DNA from: a virus
Taxonomy: Duplodnaviria; Caudoviricetes
IMG/VR virus record: IMGVR_UViG_3300032212_000083
Coordinates: 1-36,563 of that record
Length of the DNA: 36,563 nucleotides
Direction: 5' to 3' (one strand)
The notes under the pieces were generated by a model. It was given only the letters and a program-made list of their open reading frames with translations. It had not been told where the DNA came from and ran no database searches. Positions 6,721 to 14,439 of the stretch are shown piece after piece. How positions within the stretch are numbered: the stretch's first letter is position 1; every line of letters starts with the position of its first letter. A program made the position numbers and the translations under genes.

Positions 6721-6807
6721 CTATAAATAAACTATTAACCAAGCCATACCATACGATACGGCAACTAATGAAATGTATGTTGACACGAATAAAATAAAAA
6801 ATTTCAT
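6721..6807 (-). CDS. Single-TM micropeptide (28 aa)
   Basis: MKFFILFVSTYISLVAVSYGMAWLIVYL; first ORF after the promoter at 6833-6872. Confidence 0.55.
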   Translation of the reverse strand: MKFFILFVSTYISLVAVSYGMAWLIVYL

Positions 6808-6832
6808 CTTTCCAACCTTTTTAATATCCCTA

Positions 6833-6872
6833 AGTATATCAAGTTTTCTTGTGTATGTCAAGTAATCTTTAC
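6833..6872 (-). promoter_or_regulatory. Strong sigma70-type promoter, copy 2
   Basis: gtaaagattacTTGACA-17 nt-TATACT. Confidence 0.8.
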
Positions 6873-6886
6873 ACGAATTGCAAAAG

Positions 6887-7273
6887 TTATACTTCTCTAC
6901 TTAAATAATCTAAATGAAGTTTTAACGCTTGTGCATTTTGATATTTCATAGTGTATGTTTGTCTAAAAAGCTTTGGTGAACCATGAGGACTCAAAGAAGT
7001 TCCCATGTGATGCTCATTACATAATGGTATTTGAACAAACTGCCTTTTTTTATCAGAGCTATACTCTTTTACGTGGTGATAGTGATAAACAGGTGAACCA
7101 CACACCATGCACTTATACTTCTGCATCTGTGCTTCTTCATGTAACCAGTTACAAAAATCTAACTCATCATCTGTAGTGATGCGTTTCTTTTTTATTGGTT
7201 TTCTATTGCCAAAAGTAGACTCTTTTTTAGGTCTTAACCTTTGGCTTTTTAGTTGTTGTTCTTTGGTATACAT
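6887..7273 (-). CDS. DUF968/Ref-like HNH-fold nuclease
   Basis: CMVCG...HHV...IPLCNEHH...SPHG motif. Confidence 0.7.
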   Translation of the reverse strand: MYTKEQQLKSQRLRPKKESTFGNRKPIKKKRITTDDELDFCNWLHEEAQMQKYKCMVCGSPVYHYHHVKEYSSDKKRQFVQIPLCNEHHMGTSLSPHGSPKLFRQTYTMKYQNAQALKLHLDYLSREV

Positions 7274-7428
7274 TACATTAACCTATCTTCTCTATCTCGT
7301 CTTAATACTGTATCAAAAGACTCATAGAACTTTTGCATATATTCAAATCTTGTATCGTGGGACAAGTCAATAGATTTGATTTCTTTTTTAGGTTTTTCTG
7401 TTTTGGTCTCTCTTTTATTATTTTTCAT
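7273..7428 (-). CDS. Hypothetical protein (51 aa)
   Basis: MKNNKRETK..., AAGGTG RBS; TAATG overlap with the downstream gene. Confidence 0.6.
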   Translation of the reverse strand: MKNNKRETKTEKPKKEIKSIDLSHDTRFEYMQKFYESFDTVLRRDREDRLM

Positions 7429-7429
7429 C

Positions 7430-7501
7430 TTAAAACACCTTTCGTGCGAAAGACTCGCACCACTTTTCAAATTTGTTTATGACTTGGTTAATTGTTTTCA
7501 T
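7430..7501 (-). CDS. Amphipathic micropeptide (23 aa)
   Basis: MKTINQVINKFEKWCESFARKVF; exactly fills the gap between neighbouring ORFs. Confidence 0.5.
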   Translation of the reverse strand: MKTINQVINKFEKWCESFARKVF

Positions 7502-7696
7502 TTAATCTTCTTTTGATTTAAATGAATCACAACCATCAATCCAAACTGGGTCAAAATTGTGAGGGAAATTGCACCAACCACCATTAACTCCTTGTTGGTC
7601 TTTTATTACTTTTGCACTTTGCATAATACATTTGCTATGTGCTGAACCATCTAACTCTCGTCTATACTCACATTTATAACAATCAAATTCTTTCAT
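7502..7696 (-). CDS. Small Cys-rich phage protein
   Basis: CYKC...HSKC...GWCNFPHNFDPVWIDGC; AGGAGG RBS. Confidence 0.75.
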   Translation of the reverse strand: MKEFDCYKCEYRRELDGSAHSKCIMQSAKVIKDQQGVNGGWCNFPHNFDPVWIDGCDSFKSKED

Positions 7697-7710
7697 AATC
7701 TCTACCTCCT

Positions 7711-7749
7711 ACAGTTTCGATAACACTATAATAACCTTAAAAACCTTAA
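7711..7749 (-). promoter_or_regulatory. Promoter with TTAAGGTTTTTAAGGTTAT motif and TATAGT -10
   Basis: 19 bp identical to 13178-13196. Confidence 0.7.
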
Positions 7750-7750
7750 C

Positions 7751-8140
7751 TTAACCTTTTTTTGATTTTATCTTCTTTTCTTTTTCATATAATTTGTAAA
7801 TAGCTCTTAATTTTACTAATAGATTAATCTTAACAGTTTCAGTTTTATAGATTGTTGCGTACACAAAATTGTAAGCGGTTCTTTCGTTTTTAAATAATTT
7901 GTGATGGGCCAACCACTTGCTGAAACCTATTGAGCTTTTTTCGTATGCAATATCTATCATCTTATTTCTAAGGTTATGTGATATTGTTTCGTACTTTTGC
8001 ATACCTAACATAGCATCACCTTTACCTAATGCTTTGTAGTATCTGTAACGCTTTGAGTTTTGGCTTTTCATGGTTGCTAGGTATGATTCACTTTTCCCTA
8101 TGATTTTACAAAAGTGAGTTATATCTTTTCTGTAACTCAT
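7751..8140 (-). CDS. Hypothetical basic protein
   Basis: 129 aa, ATGA overlap. Confidence 0.7.
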   Translation of the reverse strand: MSYRKDITHFCKIIGKSESYLATMKSQNSKRYRYYKALGKGDAMLGMQKYETISHNLRNKMIDIAYEKSSIGFSKWLAHHKLFKNERTAYNFVYATIYKTETVKINLLVKLRAIYKLYEKEKKIKSKKG

Positions 8141-8673
8141 TTTAATAACTTCTTATCGTTGATTGATAAAGCCATGCCCTCAACACTTGCAAGGTTTATT
8201 TGTTCCATGACTGTATTAATTTTTGAAACTGTTAAATCAAAGCTTTGTTTGTCAATAACTGACATTAAATCGTTCATATCAATTTTGCTTAAAACCATTA
8301 ATTCATTATTTTTAAATAGCAGTTCACCATCTAACTTAATCGCATCAAACTTTAAATGCTCGTATTTGTCCTCTACTTGCTGTTTAACAGTTAAAAGCTT
8401 GTTTGCTAACTCATTTGCCTTACTTGATACATTTCGGTTTAATTTGGCACGTTTACGCTCGTTAAATGATGCACTTACGATAGCTACTCTATCCATGCCT
8501 TGCTTGTATGCAAACTTATCACCACTTAGTTCGCTAAAAAATTCCATATAATCACTAGGGTTTATATCTTTTATATAGCCCTCTATCTCCATATTTATAT
8601 AAATATTATCTGCTATGTTTAGTTTTACTCTTATTGCTTCTATTAGCTTATCCATTGGCATAACCTCTTTCAA
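8137..8673 (-). CDS. Hypothetical protein in the helicase-loader (lambda P-like) position
   Basis: Directly downstream of the initiator; function is from position only. Confidence 0.55.
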   Translation of the reverse strand: MKEVMPMDKLIEAIRVKLNIADNIYINMEIEGYIKDINPSDYMEFFSELSGDKFAYKQGMDRVAIVSASFNERKRAKLNRNVSSKANELANKLLTVKQQVEDKYEHLKFDAIKLDGELLFKNNELMVLSKIDMNDLMSVIDKQSFDLTVSKINTVMEQINLASVEGMALSINDKKLLK

Positions 8674-9379
8674 ACATTTCGGTATGTGATAACCCTAGTT
8701 TATTTCTAACCATTTCATATTTATCTTTATTTGAAATATCTTGATTTAAGTATTTATCAAAATTCTTAGGTCTGTATAGAGTAGTTGGGTTTAAATATTT
8801 TTCTTGCTCTGTACCTTTCCACTCTGCAAGCTTAACCATGTGAACGTGTTTAAAGTCATCTAAGGAGTAACCCTTATTTATTAATGATTGTACTAAGTCT
8901 TTGTGTACTTCTACTTTGAAATTTTTTCCTAACAGATTATTCAAATCTGACATAATATCTTTTATTAGTATAGTATTATTATTAGTATTGGTATTATTAT
9001 ATGTCGGATTTATTTCCGAGTTGTTTTCGGATTTATTTCCGAGTTCATTCGGATTTATTTCCGACATAGTAGAAGTTATCATATTTTTTGATTTTTCAGT
9101 TAATTTCATAACGTCTTTTTTGCCTACTTTTTCATAATCTATAAAGCCACGTTCACACAAATTTTTAAAGTGTCTGTATACAGTATCGGGCTTTAGGTTA
9201 AACGCTTTAAGTTCATCTGATAACTTTTGTCTAGCTACCCAATAGTAAACATCATTATTGATTATTTCGGGCTTACACCATGTAGGAGCTATTGCTAAAA
9301 CATCAATTATTGCATACTCTGTTATAGATAGGCTATGTTCAATCATAGCAACTTGGTTTAATGTAATATTGTACTTCAT
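8648..9379 (-). CDS. Phage replication initiator (O-like; N-terminal winged HTH, Phg_2220_C-like C-terminus)
   Basis: wHTH-like RQKLSDEL...KPDTVYRHFKNLCERGFI; low-complexity linker with iterons; KYLNPTTLYRPKNFDKYLNQ. Start is ATG 9379 or TTG 9397. Confidence 0.85.
   Translation of the reverse strand: MKYNITLNQVAMIEHSLSITEYAIIDVLAIAPTWCKPEIINNDVYYWVARQKLSDELKAFNLKPDTVYRHFKNLCERGFIDYEKVGKKDVMKLTEKSKNMITSTMSEINPNELGNKSENNSEINPTYNNTNTNNNTILIKDIMSDLNNLLGKNFKVEVHKDLVQSLINKGYSLDDFKHVHMVKLAEWKGTEQEKYLNPTTLYRPKNFDKYLNQDISNKDKYEMVRNKLGLSHTEMFERGYANG
9004..9064. repeat. Iterons, putative origin of replication
   Basis: Three exact TCGGATTTATTTCCGA copies (9004, 9027, 9049) next to an AT-rich tract at 8960-9000, inside the initiator gene. 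Confidence 0.85.
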
Positions 9380-9399
9380 GCAATTTCTTTCAGACAATA

Positions 9400-9710
9400 G
9401 TAATTTAGGGGAGTTAAAGAGAAAGTTGCCCGACTTCCTAAACTCAACAAAGCCCTATGTAAAGTCAAGGTTTAGAGGTGTCGGGCAGACCCTTGCTTCT
9501 TGACTTTACATAACGCTTACTTAACAATAGCAAATTACATTCCAAAAAACCTACAATAGCTTTCACTAAGTAGATTTTACTTATGAAACAAAAAACTATT
9601 CCTACTCTTAAAAATCACCTAGCAAGTGCTAAGTGATAAAAAGTTCTATAGGAGTTGAAAAGTTCGGCTTATACTATACGACTGGTCTTGCGTGTAGTAT
9701 AAAACCTTAA
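9400..9710 (-). ncRNA. Structured 5' leader or ncRNA upstream of the initiator gene
   Basis: Non-coding; 14-bp perfect inverted repeat 9456-9469/9499-9512, 8-bp loop complement 9480-9487/9427-9434, three more hairpins; TGCTATAAT at 9715-9723. Confidence 0.55.
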
Positions 9711-9714
9711 AGAT

Positions 9715-9723
9715 ATTATAGCA
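9715..9723 (-). promoter_or_regulatory. Extended -10 promoter TGCTATAAT
   Basis: Intergenic, pointing into the structured leader and rep. Confidence 0.65.
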
Positions 9724-9765
9724 AAACTATTCGTAAACTGCTATAAAATGTGTGAAATTTATGTA

Positions 9766-10449
9766 TTATTTTCCTGTACTTCCAAACCCGCCTTTTCTCT
9801 CATCTTCTGTATCTACTCCCATTAGGTAGCCTTTATGTTCTAGGAGTGTTATTTGTGCGATGCGTTCACCTTTTTTGATTGTAAATGAATCATTTTTAAT
9901 ATTCAGAAAAGAATCTAAATCATCAAGTCCAATAAACCTATCTCCGCCATATTCTAATTTTGTAAATTGATAAGTGTTTTGACCCATATAATTGTCAATG
10001 CCTTTATATTGACACTTTCCACTTCCTGCCGTTTCGTATATATTCCCAATAACCAAATCAATGCTTTGTGCTTCTTGTTTTCCTGAGTTATGAATAATCA
10101 TCTTAATCTCATCTTGATAGTCAAGGTCAATAATCCCAACACCATTAGGTAGTATGAGTCCTTTTTTGCCTAGAGAGCTTCTTAGCATTAGTTGTAGGTA
10201 GTTAGCTTTTTTCATAGCATCAAGATAGTCATATTTATAACCTTTAAGATGAGGATATTGCAACATTTCAATTTCTCTAGCATGATTTGCAATCTCTTCT
10301 AATTTAACACTATCAATAGCAACACCAAGCCCTACAAGCTTTGTTTCACCTGCACCTATAACCATATCTTCACTTGCAAACAAATCTGCACAAGCAGAAT
10401 ACTTAGTTCCTCTTTGTGGTTCACAACCATCTGTTAATACTTTAAACAT
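9766..10449 (-). CDS. dut: Trimeric dUTPase with two insertions
   Basis: Motifs SACADL, RSSL, GIIDLDY, GERIAQ, RKGGFGSTG. Confidence 0.95.
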   Translation of the reverse strand: MFKVLTDGCEPQRGTKYSACADLFASEDMVIGAGETKLVGLGVAIDSVKLEEIANHAREIEMLQYPHLKGYKYDYLDAMKKANYLQLMLRSSLGKKGLILPNGVGIIDLDYQDEIKMIIHNSGKQEAQSIDLVIGNIYETAGSGKCQYKGIDNYMGQNTYQFTKLEYGGDRFIGLDDLDSFLNIKNDSFTIKKGERIAQITLLEHKGYLMGVDTEDERKGGFGSTGK

Positions 10450-10928
10450 TATTTATCCTTTTTGTGTGCGTTTGCATGGCATTTAGTACATAGCCATACA
10501 ACCTCTAAAGGCTTATCATAATCTTCATGGTGTGCTTCTATTCTACCAGTATCACCACACAATGAACATTCAATAGGTCTTTTAAGTGTTCCATTCATTA
10601 CAGCTCTTGAAACTTTACCATGAGCATTACGCTTATGCTTGTTCCTATTAGCCCACTCTGTCTTTTTTATCTCAATAGCTTTGTATTTAATAGGGTCGTT
10701 ATCTCTTAACCACTCACGTCTTTCTTTATTCTTCTTTATTCTGTCTTTGTGGTTTGTTCTATTCCTATCTCTATACTTTCTTTTTTCTATCTGTTCTTCT
10801 GTTCTACCAAAGCTATCTTTTTTAGTACACTCTTTGCATTTATTAAGGTGACCATCTGCCATCTGTTTATGCTTGTAAAAATCACATAGCTCTTTTTCTT
10901 CACCACATTTAAAACACTTCTTCATCAT
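10449..10928 (-). CDS. HNH endonuclease with N-terminal zinc finger
   Basis: CFKC...CKEC; CSLCG...IEAHHEDYDKPLEVVWLCTKCH; own TGTTATAAT at 10950-10958 and AAGGAG RBS. Confidence 0.85.
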   Translation of the reverse strand: MMKKCFKCGEEKELCDFYKHKQMADGHLNKCKECTKKDSFGRTEEQIEKRKYRDRNRTNHKDRIKKNKERREWLRDNDPIKYKAIEIKKTEWANRNKHKRNAHGKVSRAVMNGTLKRPIECSLCGDTGRIEAHHEDYDKPLEVVWLCTKCHANAHKKDK

Positions 10929-10971
10929 AACTCCTTTAATTAAAAAGGAATTATAACATAAGTTTTCTATT

Positions 10972-11439
10972 TTAGAAAGGGATTGAATCTTCATCTATTT
11001 CAAACTCTGTTTGACCTTGTGGCTGTTGAGGTGTATAGCTACTAGCATTATCTTGTGGCACATTTTGCGTTTGGTAGCTAGGTTGACCTTGTGGTTGACT
11101 TTGTGCATCTTGTGGCTTACTATCTAGCATCTGCATACTTTCAACAGTTACACCATGCTTAGAGCGTTTTTGCCCTGCTTGGTCAGTCCATTGTTCAAAC
11201 ATCAAGCGACCCTCAATAAGACACTTAGAGCCTTTTCTAAGATACTGATTTGCAATTTCAGCACTTCTACCAAAGAAAGTTATATCTACAAAGCAAACTT
11301 CTTCACTACTTGTTCCGTCTTGTTTTTTGAATTTTTTATTGGTAGCTATTGCTGTTTTAGCTAAAGCTGTATCACCATTGGTATAACGAAGTTCGATATC
11401 TCTTGTTAATGAACCTACTAATATAATTTTGTTAAACAT
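10972..11439 (-). CDS. ssb: Single-stranded DNA-binding protein
   Basis: MFNKIILVGSLTRDIELRY...EIANQYLRKGSK...EDSIPF; resembles Campylobacterota SSBs. Confidence 0.97.
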   Translation of the reverse strand: MFNKIILVGSLTRDIELRYTNGDTALAKTAIATNKKFKKQDGTSSEEVCFVDITFFGRSAEIANQYLRKGSKCLIEGRLMFEQWTDQAGQKRSKHGVTVESMQMLDSKPQDAQSQPQGQPSYQTQNVPQDNASSYTPQQPQGQTEFEIDEDSIPF

Positions 11440-11642
11440 TATTTTTTTCCTACTTCTATTTGAATTGAATTGCAAGATAAAGGCTCTATCCATAACTTAC
11501 CATCTACTCTAATTTGAATTTTTCCATCAACATTAGTTATCTTGAAAACTTCATCGCCATTAATTACCTCTAACTGAACACAATCTTTGGGCTCAATAGG
11601 TCTTAGCATAGAGTCGTTATCACCTCTTGATATGTATTTCAT
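11439..11642 (-). CDS. Hypothetical protein
   Basis: GGAG RBS before the ATG at 11642; TAATG overlap with ssb. Confidence 0.65.
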   Translation of the reverse strand: MKYISRGDNDSMLRPIEPKDCVQLEVINGDEVFKITNVDGKIQIRVDGKLWIEPLSCNSIQIEVGKK

Positions 11643-11690
11643 TTTTCGTACTCCAATATTATTTATTTTTCGGCTTATTGACATTGCGAA

Positions 11691-12008
11691 TTAGTTATGC
11701 CCTAAAGCGTGAGCTAGTTCCATCATTCGCCTATAATCTTCTTCATCAATATTCAAGGTAAAGCCATAACTTGAAGCATATCGCCTTATCCATTCAATAT
11801 GTTTAACTAGGTCTTTACTTGAAATATCTCTTGTAGATACTAAATCGTTACTATCTTTATATCTTGGATACGATTTATTAGCATATTTTAGCATCTGTTT
11901 AAAGTTATCGAAACTCATCTCTAAATTAAAGATGAAATTCATTTGGTCGTAAAGGTCTTTTAAAAAGGCTGAATGATACAGCCTATTGAACTCTTTAGTT
12001 ATTCTCAT
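11691..12008 (-). CDS. Hypothetical recombination-region protein, NinB-like
   Basis: FNRLYH...VSTRDISSKDLVKHIEWIRRYA...GFTL resembles the NinB C-terminus; lies between the annealase and ssb. Confidence 0.5.
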   Translation of the reverse strand: MRITKEFNRLYHSAFLKDLYDQMNFIFNLEMSFDNFKQMLKYANKSYPRYKDSNDLVSTRDISSKDLVKHIEWIRRYASSYGFTLNIDEEDYRRMMELAHALGHN

Positions 12009-12642
12009 CTTTTTCTTGTTTTTTCAATTTAGCATTTAGTTGAGCTAGTGCTTTTTGAAAGTCCTCTTTTTTAAGTTCTTTTAACTTCTTAATTTCAAAG
12101 GCTTTACAAAATGCTTCAATATCTGTTTTTGTTTTAGTGATTAGTGGTGTAAGTTGTTGTAGTTGGTCTAAGCTAATTTCGCTTTCACCTACTGCTTCAT
12201 TTACATAGTTGCTATCTTCAAATTTACCTTGATAAACGTCACTACCAAAGCCGATTCGAGATAAAGCCTTACTAATAGTGTTAGTTTCTAATTTCTTGTA
12301 AATATCAGTATCTAATATCTCTTTACCTTTTGATGATACATAAGCAAGTTTATCACTATTTGTAATAGGAAATTCACCACCAGTAAAAAAGAAAACACCA
12401 TGCAGAATAACTAAAATAGTTTTATTCTCTAGGTGCATAGTTTCATATCTAACCTCTTTTAGTCCAAAGCCTTTCCCATATAATCCATATTGCTTAGTGG
12501 CTTCTTCTATTAAGTAATAAGCATCAATATTTGTAAAACTTGGCTTGTTGCCTACGCTTACATTTTTTGTATAGCTTGGGTCTGTTTTTCTCTCAAACTG
12601 TTTAGCATCTTCATGTATTGTAAATTCTGTTTTATCACTCAT
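11995..12642 (-). CDS. Sak/Rad52-like ssDNA annealing recombinase
   Basis: DIYKKLETNTISKALSRIGFGSDVYQGKFED motif; Gp157-annealase-ssb context. Confidence 0.8.
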   Translation of the reverse strand: MSDKTEFTIHEDAKQFERKTDPSYTKNVSVGNKPSFTNIDAYYLIEEATKQYGLYGKGFGLKEVRYETMHLENKTILVILHGVFFFTGGEFPITNSDKLAYVSSKGKEILDTDIYKKLETNTISKALSRIGFGSDVYQGKFEDSNYVNEAVGESEISLDQLQQLTPLITKTKTDIEAFCKAFEIKKLKELKKEDFQKALAQLNAKLKKQEKDENN

Positions 12643-12644
12643 GA

Positions 12645-13151
12645 CTATCTCACTCTCAATGTTGTTTTTTCTTTGAGTTCTGCACCTGATACTGCACCAC
12701 CACTTTTTAAGGCTTTTGTAATTTCTGTTTTATTCACTTTAAATTCCGTTTTAATGTAGGCTTCGGGAATTGCTCCCTCATCTATAATATCAACACTTTT
12801 AGAAGTTCCATAAAAGAATGTGAAAGAAGTTGTTTTAACTCCATCTTCACCAACTAAAAACTCTTGAAGTCCTCTAAGTTGTTCTTGTTTAGATTTCATT
12901 GACGCTTTACGCTCTGTAAGACGTTTAATCTCTGCTTGCAGTGCATCTTCTTTAGCTTTAAAATCACGCTTGATATACTCGATATTATCTAGCTTTGTCT
13001 CTTTGTCAGCTACCAAACTGTCCATTAGTTCTTTAATGGTTTCAGAGTTATCTATTAACTCACCTGTTTCCTCATTATATTCGATTGTGTTAGCTAGTTC
13101 TTCGATTGCTCTGAACTCGTCTAAAATTCCGAATGTTGTTAAATTCATCAT
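12645..13151 (-). CDS. Siphovirus Gp157-family protein
   Basis: ETGEL...coiled coil...SVDIIDEGAIPEAY...NKTEITKALKSG...GAEL...LRVR. Confidence 0.9.
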   Translation of the reverse strand: MMNLTTFGILDEFRAIEELANTIEYNEETGELIDNSETIKELMDSLVADKETKLDNIEYIKRDFKAKEDALQAEIKRLTERKASMKSKQEQLRGLQEFLVGEDGVKTTSFTFFYGTSKSVDIIDEGAIPEAYIKTEFKVNKTEITKALKSGGAVSGAELKEKTTLRVR

Positions 13152-13159
13152 AAACTCCT

Positions 13160-13240
13160 ATGTTTTGATAAAACATTATAACCTTAAAAACCTTAAGAAG
13201 TTATAAAGCTACAATAAGTTATTATTTTGATGAAACAATT
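13160..13240. promoter_or_regulatory. Divergent promoter region with operator-like palindromes
   Basis: Leftward TATAAT 13175-13180; rightward TACAAT 13210-13215; ATGTTTT-gat-AAAACAT 13160-13176 and a related site at 13223-13237. Confidence 0.65.
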
Positions 13241-13255
13241 AATAAAAGGATTAAA

Positions 13256-13405
13256 ATGTCAAAAGAAAAAGAGAAACACATTGTAGTAAAAGAGAGTGTG
13301 CATAAAGATATTAAGTTGTTAGCATTTACTGAGGGCTTAACTATGGGTGCGTATTTAGAGAAAGTCATTGATGATAAGAAAAAGGCTAATGAAGCCACAA
13401 AGTAA
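13256..13405 (+). CDS. Ribbon-helix-helix DNA-binding protein (49 aa)
   Basis: MSKEKEKHIVVKESVHKDIKLLAFTEGLTMGAYLEKVIDDKKKANEATK; RHH pattern; AAAGGA RBS. Confidence 0.75.
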   Translation: MSKEKEKHIVVKESVHKDIKLLAFTEGLTMGAYLEKVIDDKKKANEATK

Positions 13406-13423
13406 ACTGTAGGGGGTTGAAAG

Positions 13424-13618
13424 ATGAAATATGAATTATGGGATAATGAAAATTTTAACGATATGAGAAAAGAAGCAAGGTTTAATAAGCGTGTAAAGGA
13501 GCTTACAGAAGCCGTAATAATTGTCATACAAGAAGCTAATAATCGGCATAATGAAGCTATGCTGAAAAAAGATATTAAAATAGCTAACTTAGAAGGACAA
13601 TTAAAGGCTTTATCTTGA
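13424..13618 (+). CDS. Hypothetical coiled-coil protein
   Basis: 64 aa, in the plus-strand operon. Confidence 0.65.
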   Translation: MKYELWDNENFNDMRKEARFNKRVKELTEAVIIVIQEANNRHNEAMLKKDIKIANLEGQLKALS

Positions 13619-14439
13619 AAACTATATCATGGATTATAGTATTAGCTTCAATGGCTTTACTTCAATGGCATAGCATTAATACATGGATAGGGTTTAGCGA
13701 TAAGGTAAGCGGTTCTATTATGTCGGTGTTAGTTGAAGTGTTGGCTATGTACTATGCTTATAACAAAGAGAGGGTTTTAGCCACTATCACTTATGGGTTT
13801 GTTATCTGTTTTGCTCTTTATCATTTAGGCGATAAGGTAATCAATACTAAAGACATATTAGCTAAAAAAGAGGTTATCAAAAAACAAGAGCAAATCGTTA
13901 TGAATGTGCTAGATAGCATTAAGGATAAATCATATCCTATAACTATTCAAAAAACACTTGCTAGTTTAGATAGCATCAAGCAAACAAAAGATGATATTTA
14001 CACTATCCCATTGTCTAAGTATGGAACTATTTTTATTCTAGGTTCTGTCTTAATATTGGTGATGATAGGACAACTAAAAGCAATATTGTTTTTAAGTTCT
14101 GAAAGTGCAAAAAAATCAATAGAGAACAAAAATGAAGTAAGTTCTGATAAAGTAGAACTTCCACAAATCGCTAATAGAACTACAAAGAACAAGCTTTATG
14201 ATAAAGATTTGACTATTTTGTGTAAAAAGGTTCTATTGGAACTAGAGAACAAAAGATTAAAGCTAGGACTAAAGCGTACTGAGTTTATGGGTGATAATAA
14301 GTTGATAGATGTAAATAAAAACAACTACTCTAAGATAGAGAAAGTTATAGAGTGTAAAGAGGGTGGGATAGGTTTTCCAAAACTTAGAGAGATACAATCT
14401 ATGCTAGAAGATATTGATAATAAAAGTGAGGTAGGATAA
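13615..14439 (+). CDS. Multi-TM membrane protein with putative C-terminal XRE-like HTH
   Basis: Three N-terminal TMs, a loop, a fourth TM, then LENKRLKLGLKRTEF...VNKNNYSKIEK...GIGFPKLREIQSML. Confidence 0.7.
   Translation: MKTISWIIVLASMALLQWHSINTWIGFSDKVSGSIMSVLVEVLAMYYAYNKERVLATITYGFVICFALYHLGDKVINTKDILAKKEVIKKQEQIVMNVLDSIKDKSYPITIQKTLASLDSIKQTKDDIYTIPLSKYGTIFILGSVLILVMIGQLKAILFLSSESAKKSIENKNEVSSDKVELPQIANRTTKNKLYDKDLTILCKKVLLELENKRLKLGLKRTEFMGDNKLIDVNKNNYSKIEKVIECKEGGIGFPKLREIQSMLEDIDNKSEVG

Noticed and set aside
9004-9064. Mini CRISPR array
   Set aside because: Repeats are 16 bp with 6-7-bp gaps inside a coding gene, which fits iterons; no cas genes.
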